Positions 37,125-47,382 of a stretch of DNA of 64,000 nt are shown piece by piece. The notes under the pieces were generated by a model, which made no database searches, had not been told where the DNA came from, and saw only the letters and a list, made by a program, of their open reading frames with translations. The position numbers and the translations under genes were made by a program. The stretch covers positions 124,496,001 to 124,560,000 of the forward strand of contig OZ286460.1 in assembly GCA_965644265.1 (NCBI GenBank), read 5' to 3'. The stretch comes from Glycera tridactyla (lineage: Eukaryota). Every line of letters begins with the position of its first letter. Position 1 is the first letter of the stretch.

Positions 37125-37456
37125 GTTAAAGGGTCGTTCCTATTTTGGAAACGACAACTCCTCTCCTCTTACCCTATCCGTTATGCATGTAATCTCACTA
37201 ATCGAACCATTTCAGGAACTATAACCGAATATTTCTGAAACTGTGATTTTCTGATTTTCTCCTTTATGTTTCAAATATGATCAAAGTTCTGTTAAAGGGT
37301 CGTTCCTATTTTGGAAACGACAACTCCTTTCCTATTACACTATCCGTTATGCATGTAATCTCACTAATCGAACCATTTCAGGAACTATAACCGAATATTT
37401 CTGAAACTGTGATTTTCTGATTTTCTCCTATATGTTTCAAATATGATCAAAGTTCT
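37125..37456 (+). repeat. Tandem duplication, 2 x 166 bp, containing the hairpin motif
   Basis: Units start GTTAAAGGGTCGTTCC at 37125 and 37291. Confidence 0.9.
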
Positions 37457-38780
37457 CTTGAAGTACTTCTCCACCATAATGCTATCTGCAGATCTTACTA
37501 CAGATACAGTCCAATGGACTGAATTTTCAACCGCTTCCTTTTCGAATCAATATGACTTATCCTATGTCACAATGACAATGACAATCACTACCTAGCTTCT
37601 ATCTGCTGTAACAACATGAGTAACACACTTGCTATGTGCTCTGCCTCTATAGTACAGACATCCTACTTCACTGAGTTAGATCTTTCCCAGTTGTACATAT
37701 GATGCACAATGTTAAATTTGACACTACTACTGATGTTGTCTCTTTCATCCCGTTTGTAGTTGTTGTTCATCTACCTTTTCCTCATGACACGTCTTAAAGT
37801 ACATATGTTTAAATGCACATGGTTTATTGATTTCTACATGTTCTGTTCCAAGTGCATTTGTGATCCATGTTTCGTGCTATGATACTTTTAAATATACCCT
37901 TTCTTTAAATACCATTATGAAGCGTGTGATTGACAAAGTTGAATTAGTATTGTTACTGCTCTTCTCATCCTTGATGTATTCCTTCCAAAAGTTTTCTTCT
38001 TTCTTCATAATACTGCCCTAAAGGTATTCGATGTTTATATGCTGCATGAATAACCTCATGAACGCTCTGACAGTAATTGGCTTCTGTAAACTCTTTTCTT
38101 TTCAATGCTGCCTGTAAATATGCCTATACTCATACTATGTTTCTCCCCTGGAATGGTCCAGGAACTGAACTGTTCTGTACTGTCATGCTGTATGACTTGG
38201 CCACGAGATGTATTTTATGCCCTATTTGTAGCCCCTTTATTCTGAGCACTTTGTAACATTATATGTTTGACTCTGTATTAAGGTTTTATTATTACCAATT
38301 GCCTGCATTTTATTAATATATCTTCTATGTATTTTTCTCTATATGCCTTATAGAGTCATTCGTACACAACCATTAGACTCTTGAACCACGCCAATAACAG
38401 CATGTCTTTCCTACATTTAAATGGCAGCCTACTATGACCCCTTGCTTCTATAACTACATTAACAACGGTCAAATCCTGTTATCTTACAATCCTATCACAT
38501 GTGTACCCTTATCGAATAAATTTATATTTGTACTTCAATATCCCCAATATCCTTATCTCCTACTGCCCTCATATCATACACACCGCTGGTAGCTCACTCT
38601 CCTGTCTCCCTCATGTCTACCTGCTGTACTGTTTTTCACTACCTATAGCTCTCATTTCTCCCCTAGCCTCAGCTTCCTCTCATGTTTACTGTATATAAAT
38701 ATTCTATTTTTTCACTACTGTCTTGTAACTACTGAAATAACTGTTACAAACTTTCTCAGCCTATTTACTGTTGTTTACCG

Positions 38781-41725
38781 TTGTACTTTATTCGTGCATT
38801 GTATGCCAACCTTGCAGTGGTCAATTTCACTATGTCTATAACACCTAGTTTGCCCAGTCTTGAAACATCAGTCACCCATCTTAATTCTCTTAGTAAAATG
38901 GGATTTGCTGCACTGAACATCCGAAGCATCATTAGGAAATTTGATGAAGTTAAAATTCTACTCTCTCGTAGCAATCTAGATGTCCTTATACTCACTGAAA
39001 CCTTTTTAAACAGCTCTATCAGTGATTCTGAACTCAATATTGATGGTTACAATTTCTGGAGAGCTGACAGAAGCACATTATCCGGAAAACACAGTGGTGG
39101 TGGAATTATGATTTACTGTAAAAATAGTCGAAACTTCTATGAGGTTGAAAATGGCCGTCACTGCTCCCCTGATCTTGAATACCTTTGGATCAAGTTGAAA
39201 TTACCCAATACTCGCAGCACATATATCTGCGGAATTTACAGACCCCCTACTGGGAACATCCCTAATGCTCTCAACTTTCTAAATGATTCTATAGAGGATC
39301 ATGTGGGAGGCAAACATGCAGATATTTTAATTCTTGGAGACACAAACATTAATACACTCATACATAATTCTAACTATCATAAATTAAATACTTTCTTATC
39401 CAAACAGCATCTTTCCCATCTGATCACTGAAGCTACTAGAGTGACAGACAATAGCATTAGTTGCATCGATCACATTCTATCCAACAACCCTGGCCAATTC
39501 TCCTGCTCTGGAACTCTAGATCCAGGACTTAGTGATCATTGTTTGACATATACATTTAGGCAAAGAAAGAAAATTCCTAAAACCAAGCATCTCATCTCCT
39601 TTCGCAGTTTTAGAAATTTTGATAAAAACAAATTTCAAGAGGATATTTCTCTGCTCGACTTCAATGCTTCTGATTATGAAAATATTGATACTTGTATTGA
39701 TGCTTTTGATGTATGTTTTACCCGCCTGCTTGACAAACATCTCCCCATTGTATCCCTTCCCCGTCGAATCAATAATGCCGGCTGGGCGGATAACCACTTT
39801 CTGTCTCTTCTAGATGCCAAGAGTTACTGGGCAACTAAATATCTACGGAACAAGAATCCACTATATAAATCAGAACGTAATCGAATTGCCCGTGAATGTA
39901 ATCGCCTCAAAATTTCACTGAAAAAGAATTTCATACTGAATAAAATCAAACAAACAAACGGAGATTCTAAAAAGCTTTGGAACGTCATTAGAACCTTCTG
40001 GCCTAAACAAAATTCATCCTCACAGCAAACTTCCCTCATTGATGGCCATCACGGAGCCCCCGATATTGCTAATTATCTCAACACCCATTTCTCAACAATT
40101 GGCAAAAAACTTTCTGAAAATATCCCAGAATCCCCTGTGGATGCCTCTCACTATCTCATGCACTTACCACCTGTCTTTGACATTCATGAAATCGACATTA
40201 AATTCCTCAATGAAGCAATGACCAAACTCAGTGACTCAAATGCTTGTGGAAGAGATGGTATAACTAGCCGCATTATTAAAGAGGGTGGTTGTCCGCTACG
40301 TCAACTGATTCTTGACATTGTGAACCTAAGTATCAGAACAAGAAAGTTTCCCTTTCCTTGGAAAGAAGCAATCGTAACTAGCCTTCACAAAGGCGGCTCT
40401 CTATCTAAGGCAACCAACTATAGACCTATCTCTGTTCTACCTTCTATGTCAAAAATACTCGAACGTGTTATACATATGCAGTGTCACTCATACTTAGACA
40501 AAGTAATATCCTTTCCGACGCTCAGTCAGGTTTCAGGAAGAACCACTCTACTGTATCATGCCTTGTTGACTTTTGTGATACCATCTACTCTGGCATGGAC
40601 TCAGGTGAGGCATGTGGAGTGGTCTTCCTGGACCTGGCGAAAGCATTTGATACTGTCCACCATGAGATTCTTCTCTCCAAACTTCAACTGCTTGGTTTCA
40701 GACCCTCAGCCATTGACTGGCTCACTTCCTATCTGTCCCATCGCCAACAAATTACCAAATTTAATAATTGTATGTCTGAACCCATGCAGGTTGACTTTGG
40801 AGTGCCCCAGGGGTCCATACTTGGCCCTTTGCTATTTGTCCTTTATATTAATGACTTATCTTCCACTGTTCAGTTCTCACGTATATTCATGTATGCTGAC
40901 GACACTGCCATTATGGTTAGAGGAAAGAATGAGGATGACATCATTGACAAATTAACAACTGACATGTCTACTCTGGAAAACTGGTTTAAAGCGAATAAAC
41001 TCACTCTTAATCGACAAAAATCCAAGCTCATGATGTTTGGCACTAAGCAAAAACTCTCCCACTTTTCAACAACTCACTCCTTCCTTGGTCTGGATAGAGT
41101 AGTCAGTTATAAATATCTCGGTGTCAACCTCGATCCTAGCCTCACCTTCATTAACTATGTCAATTCCATTGTATCTAAAGTTAAAAGCCGCACTGGCTTA
41201 TTGTGGAGGATAAGGCGTTTTATTGATCTTCCTCTTGCTCTGCATCTCTGTAACAGTCTGATTTTACCCTTATTTGACTATAGTGACATTCTCCTGCTTG
41301 GCCTAAACAAGACACTTAGTTCAAAATTGAATGTATCTTTCAATAATGCCTTGCGTGCTGCACTTACTAAAGATAGCAGAACATCTTCAGCCATTCTTCT
41401 TGAGGAATCCAATCAAATATCTCTTTTATCTAGAAGAAATTCCCATGGTCTCTGTGAATTTTACAAAATTCAAAATGGTCTTTGTTCTTCTCGTCTCACT
41501 CAACTCTTTAGCCAATATTATCTTACTCAAAATCCCCAACCTAGATCCACCCGTATGAATTCTGACAAACTGCTCCACATTCCTCGCTGTAATCTGAGAA
41601 AGACTGATATGAACTTTATGTTTTGTTGTGGCCACCTATGGAATGCTCTCCCGTTTGACATACGCACTGCAAAAAGTATTTCCTCTTTCAAACGTAAACT
41701 AAAGAATCATATGAAAAGATTCTAA
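38781..41725 (+). pseudogene. APE-RT ORF2 of LINE B with one frameshift near 40500 (first ATG at 38832)
   Basis: APE motifs in 38781-40500. QSGFR, FLDLAKAFDTV, VPQGSILGPLLF and YADDT continue in the frame of 40481-41725. Confidence 0.92.
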
Positions 41726-41769
41726 AATGTGTAAGTGATACTCTGCTTGAAAACACTTTGTCCTTCTGT

Positions 41770-42700
41770 TATATTCTCTTAATGTCAATCATAACATATC
41801 CTGCCGTTCCTAACTTGGAAACGACAGACTCTCCCACTATTGTTTGACTTGAGACCATCACTCCATTGAAACAACCTGTCTGTATTCTTCCTTGTATATG
41901 CACTTTATTGAAACACCCTATCTGTATTTTTCCCTGTATATGCATATGAACCTATCATTCCTCGGAAAGTTAATTATTTTGTCGTTCCTATTTTGGAAAC
42001 GTCAAACATCTTGTCCTTATGTTATATTTTCTTAATGTCAGTCATAACATATCCTGCCGTTCCTAGCCTGGAAACGACAGACTCTCCCACTATTGTCTAA
42101 CTTGAGACCATCACTCCATTGAAACAACCTGTCTGTATTGACACACCCTGTCTGTATTTTTCCCTGTATATGCCTTATGAACCTATCATTCCCCGAAAGT
42201 TAATTAATTTGTCGTTCCTATTTTGGAAACGTCAAACACCTTGTCCTTATGTTCTATTTTCTTAATGTCAGTCATAACATATCCTGCCGTTCCTAGCCTG
42301 GAAACGACAGACTCTCCCACTATTGTCTAACTTGAGACCATCACTCCATTGAAACAACCTGTCTGTATTGACACACCCTGTCTGTATTTTTCCCTGTATA
42401 TGCCTTATGAACCTATCATTCCCCGAAAGTTAATTAATTTGTCGTTCCTATTTTGGAAACGTCAAACACCTTGTCCTTATGTTCTATTTTCTTAATGTCA
42501 GTCATAACATATCCTGCCGTTCCTAGCTTGGAAACGATAGACTCTCCCACACTGTCTAACTTGAGACCATCACTCAATTGAAACATTCTGTTTGTATTGA
42601 AACATCCTGTCTGTATTTTTCCCTGTATATTCCTTATGAATCTATCATTCCTTGGAAAGCTGATTATTTTGTCGTTCCTATTTTGGAAACGTCAAATCTT
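41770..42700 (+). repeat. 3' UTR tandem array, about 4 units of 230 bp, two hairpin motifs per unit
   Basis: Motif copies recur at 41981, 42211, 42441 and 42671, and at 41803, 42056, 42286 and 42516. Confidence 0.9.
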
Positions 42701-43622
42701 TTCGCCCTCTATTGCTATCTCTTTTTCTATCTCTATTGCTATTTCTATTTCTATTCCTATATCTGCGCTGCTTTTCAATTCCAATGCTCCTGCGCTTTCA
42801 TCTCACATCATTATAATATCCTCAGATTCTAAGTTCTGCTACTTAATTGTGAATCAACACGTGTTTTCTCTATAAACATCCTATCCTTCCTGAGCGGAAA
42901 CGTCATTTTTACAAGCCCCTCTTTTCTCTGCATATCAATGTATATTGTATTGAAATTGACTTTGTAATTTGAAAATTCTTGAAGGCCGGAACATGTAGAC
43001 TATATTTTTATGTGAATCTGTATGCTTGACTTGTATGCTTGAATTGGTCTACTAGCATCCTGTGCCCTGGTTATATCAGTATTATATACTTATACTCTGA
43101 CGTCCCTAATCTTGGAAAGGCCAGATAAACAAAACAAAGCGAAACAAATCAGAACCAAACAACACAAAACAACAAACACTCAATACAATCATGAATCACT
43201 GCACACAAACATCTCAATCACATATGCACACACATACCTACGCTTACATAACCGCCTTCATGCACTCATACACATACATAGGCATACGCACTCGTACACA
43301 CTCACTCATTTGACTCGTTTTCATATGGCAATACTGAAGACCCTTTACCATCTATTCTTCACTTGTCTGAATAGCTACTGCTTCTTCTAATATATACCAT
43401 CACGGTTTTGCTTATTTTGATTTGATACTTCTTCATTTGACTACAACCAACCGTTAATCAACCCAACTCACCATATATGACTGGTCATTATGTCTTGTAA
43501 TATTCTTTGTAACCACTGCTCTTTTTTTCTAGCTGTTAAATTGTTCCCACTGTATATATGTTGTAAATGTTCTTGTGCTCCTAAGGACAAAACATAGTCA
43601 CTGACATGTCTGGCCGGAGCTT

Positions 43623-43688
43623 AATAAAGTCTTTTCATTGTCATTGTCATTGTCATTGTCATTGTCATTGTCATTGTCATTGTCATTG
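43623..43688 (+). terminator. LINE B 3' end: AATAAA and (TCATTG)9 tail
   Basis: Read directly from the sequence. Confidence 0.85.
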
Positions 43689-44560
43689 ATGGTTAATCAA
43701 GGTCTTCAATATATAGACAGATTCTGTCCGTGATGAGAATGAACAAATATCAAGACTACCCTGTCCAATTCCAAAATGAGATTCCAGTACTTGAATACAG
43801 GGCTGTTGGAACACATCTGCTCCAATGAATCATATGAGCATGTCACTCTACTTGCATTTTAGGCCTCTTTTTGCTGTACTGACAGGCAAGGAGCAGTGAC
43901 CTGATGGGAATGTCATGTCTAGGCTAAATGTGACAGATGAAGAGATGAGTCTGCAGTTCCAGCAGGCGCAATACCGGCATCACTCAGAGCTATTGCTCTT
44001 CCTCTTCTCTCCAACAAGTGACCCATAGAGCTATCTCTATGTGTAGTCCTCTGAGCATTATCATGAATGAGACCTCTCCAAATCGTTCTGGCCAAGTCCA
44101 CTGAACATATTTAGCCAAAGCAGAAAGTGACATATCAAGGGCAATCACCAGGATATGACCTGGATTGCAATATTCTGTGGCCTGCTTCGCTATATGCATC
44201 CCATGCTTAACCAGTGAAATTGTAGCTGCTCTCTTGAAGAAGAGTGGAAGAAGGCCACTGCTACCAAGTGGGTTGTTGGGGTCAGGATGCCAAGCTGATC
44301 ATTTTTGGAATACGTGGAATATCAACTTGAGGTTCTTCCACATCATTGATGTTACAGGCTACTGCTGGTTCCACATTATAGGGTTCACACCTATGGTGAA
44401 TTCTGAATGTTGGTCTGCAAGCTCCAGGACTGTCATTTGTTGAGAATTGGGATCCCGGTGCTGTGGCAGAACTCAGATTGTGATCTAGTTCATCATGGGC
44501 CCTGACAGTAAATAAGCCTTCTCAAATATTGGTTCGAAAAGGTTAATAACTGGTTTAAAA
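43689..44560 (-). pseudogene. Academ-like transposase, central remnants
   Basis: LLPLFFKRAATISLVKHGM...NPGHILVIALDMSLSALAKYVQWTWPERFGE...MLRGLHIE...FQYWNLILEL..VLIFVHSH. Confidence 0.78.
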
Positions 44561-45034
44561 TGTTTGAAAAAATATATATATGTAATTTTATATGAATTAA
44601 ATGATGTAGTGATTCAAATGATAATCACTTGGGTATGTTTCCTCTTCTTAATGCTTCTGAGCCATTTGGCTCCAATATTCTATTACACTGCCTAAGCACC
44701 CTGCCTCATTCTGACTTCATATATTTTCAGGATATTCAAGCAAAACATCAAACATTTCAAAGAAATAAAGCAGATGGGTAAAAGGGATTGCTGTGTTCAA
44801 GTCAGCAATATTTACCATGGATTTATATGATAATTTCTGCCTATCATCATCCAAAATGGCTAAATATCGATGTGGCCAATACCCTGATAGTATCATTCAA
44901 CTTCATGTAATCCATCTTGAAGGTTTACAAACAGTTCCAATAAGATTATTGAAGAAGAAAATGATATTTGATTGACATACTCAATTCAGGCCCCAAAATG
45001 CACCATCTGACCTTTGACCTTGACCTGACCTTGA

Positions 45035-45166
45035 TCTAGAAGGCCAGGCCTGGGCACCCTCCTCCAGAATTATTACCTAGTGCCTATACTAGAAGTATTC
45101 AAAGTTTGTTGCTTTAGTCCGGTCTGTAACGATTTGGTCAAAATTTGACGCTAAGCCACCGGACTA
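45035..45166 (-). repeat. Right terminal inverted repeat of the Academ-like element
   Basis: Ends CCACCGGACTA, followed by the TSD TGC. Confidence 0.8.
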
Positions 45167-45169
45167 TGC

Positions 45170-47382
45170 AGAATTTGCAGCCTTTATGTACGGCCATGGC
45201 TCGAGAAGGGCATCCTATCGAATCCTTGTCAGCGTTTATCACTAGCACACGCCCTGGGGATAGAGGGTGCATATAAAGCGGTTGATGGGCTAATTCCAAC
45301 CGATATGTACAATATTCATCTATCTTGACCTTTTCACCTAGATACAAACTGAGATCACAGGTGTAATGGTAGGTGTCATGTATTATGGCAGCTTGCCTGC
45401 ATCGGATTGTGTCAGATTTTGTGCACGACATGAAATCTAGCCTGTTCATTTCAAGGAAATGTGAATTGTCCCTAGATTTTCCAAAGATTTCATTCCGAAG
45501 TACAGGTCGAGTCACCAATGAGTCATTCGAGCTTGCCGGTACCCTAAATGTCTTGACATGAAACAGCTTGAAAGTGGCGTCTGTGGAACTTGATGGTACT
45601 GACAGATGTACTATGATAGTGTTTCCTTCCCATGCGTAGACTGGTTTCGCATATTTGTAATAATATGCTGGTCTCATTTCTGCTACTTTAAATGTCTGGA
45701 ATTGTTGTCTGATACATTTGTCCAAGTCAGTTAGGGCGGATGTCAGGTCATTTTCTGAAATCAAATCAACTGATAACCAGTCCCTCAACAAGTATCTGAG
45801 TCCTCTGAGAAAATTGGACATCTGTCTCTCTACTTGTGCCAAATCTTGTAGCAGGGTTATTACCATTGAAACTGCAAATGAAGTATACCTCAAACTAGCG
45901 TATAACCCTTCATTCAAGTTTGAAACTAACTGGGTGAATTTTTCGTCAATTCTGGTCAACAACCGATTTAGTTGCAACAGGTGTTTGTTGTTGGCTTCTA
46001 CCGATGCCACAGTTTGTTGATTATAAAATGACATGCCTCCCTGTAATTTGAATTGATTCGATTCTAGCACTTTCAGAGCGTCCTTGATTCCAGCTAATTC
46101 ATCATCAGTCACAACCCCGAAGAGTCCATCAAGCAGTTTTCCTCCAAAATTGAAGAGACCTCTCTTATGTCTCTTGTCTTTTTGCTTATGTCTGTTACCA
46201 GCTACTGCTGATAAGACTTATTCTAAATCAGTGACCTGGGATTGAACTGTGTCTATGGAGTCTGTTACCGCATTCATCAATGAAAACAAGGTTTGGGCGG
46301 CCATCCGGTGTTTTTTCTTGAGAAACACGGCGTCTTTGCCTGCCAACTGGCTCACGTAATAATTCCATAAGTCTACCTGCATCCATACTGTACTGTTCAG
46401 TCATAGTGGCCGCTAGCCGACTAACGCTTTTTAAGAGTCGTTTGACAGGAAGGCAAACATAGTCGCTTTGTGTATGCCACTCGGCATCACCAGTGATGTC
46501 GACTAAAGTACATGTGGATTCGTATAATTCACGAGCGTTGGATAACTGCATCTCAGCGTTTTCTAGTGTCACATTGTGGTGTTCAGATAACAATGCCTGA
46601 ACTATATGCAAATCTTTGTTGATCACTGAAATGTTTGCTGCTTCGAACCCAACTTTTCCCGCATCTACAATCCCTTTTTCAACTAAAGTTGGAAAAGTGG
46701 ATGCATCGCTTTCGTGTAAGGCTCTGTCAAAAACTGCAGTGGCTTCATTCAAACCAATCATAGTGCGTTCAAGTAACTCTCTGTCTGGCTCTGCTGGTAT
46801 AAATCCAGCATTTCTCTTAGTTCTCCTACTGTGGGACTGTCCTATTTGTAAATGGGCAGCCATATTTTTCATTAAGTTCATTGAAATTGCCAATCTCGTG
46901 GCTTCAGATTGCTTAATTAGTTCAGCCATGTGTAAACAGGTTTCATTTCTAATCTCATGTCCTTCTGGATTTCTCTCAACTCCTGAAATTACATCACAAA
47001 TCTCATCGTATTTGCATTTCTGTCCATCTTCGGTAATGCACTCTAGTGGCTTTGGTTCTTCCATCAGGGATTTGGGCAAGCGCAAAGTTATGATCAAATT
47101 ATAAGCATCTGTACTTGGTACATAATCACCTTCAATTGGTGAAAAATGCACACCATAATTCAGTCTTTCTACTGCATTCATAGTCTCGTCAGATCTGCTC
47201 TGATCCGGGACAGAAGTTGGCATACCTTCATAGTCAACTGGTATGGACAAGTCTGACCGTCCATACACAGCTGAAGTCCACATAGTCAAAAGTATCCACA
47301 TCCACTTAGTGGTGCCAGACCTTGGCATCCGCCACACTGCAACACACAAATGGAACACCCGTCTCAGTAATAGGTTTACCAT
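45170..47382 (-). pseudogene. env: N-terminal part of outer-element Env (signal peptide, furin site, fusion peptide, heptads)
   Basis: WMWILLTMWTSAVYG signal-like segment, RLNYGVHF, RRTKR, then RHKR followed by GLFNFGGKLLDGLFGVVTDDEL (read between the two track ORFs). One break near 46230. Confidence 0.82.

Larger units (their letters stand above)
31775..43688 (+). mobile_element. LINE element B (CR1/L2 group; ORF1 + SGNH ORF + APE-RT), about 11.9 kb
   Basis: The Academ transposase reads through across 31774/43689, which fixes both ends. Ends with AATAAA (43623) and (TCATTG)9. Confidence 0.88.
4714..45166 (-). mobile_element. Academ-like DNA transposon (non-autonomous, transposase decayed) carrying nested retroelements
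   Basis: Inverted termini TAGTCC(A/G)GTGGCTTAG...AATCGTTAC...CCGGACTAAAGCA.CAAA.TTTG. 3-bp TSD TGC at 4711-4713 and 45167-45169. Transposase remnants at 43689-44560 and 30100-31774. TAG ends and a 3-bp TSD fit Academ as I recall the superfamily. Confidence 0.8.

Noticed and set aside
35708-42693. CRISPR-like array of 23-nt palindromic repeats
   Set aside because: Spacing is irregular, spacers are themselves tandem duplicates, the context is eukaryotic and there are no cas genes.
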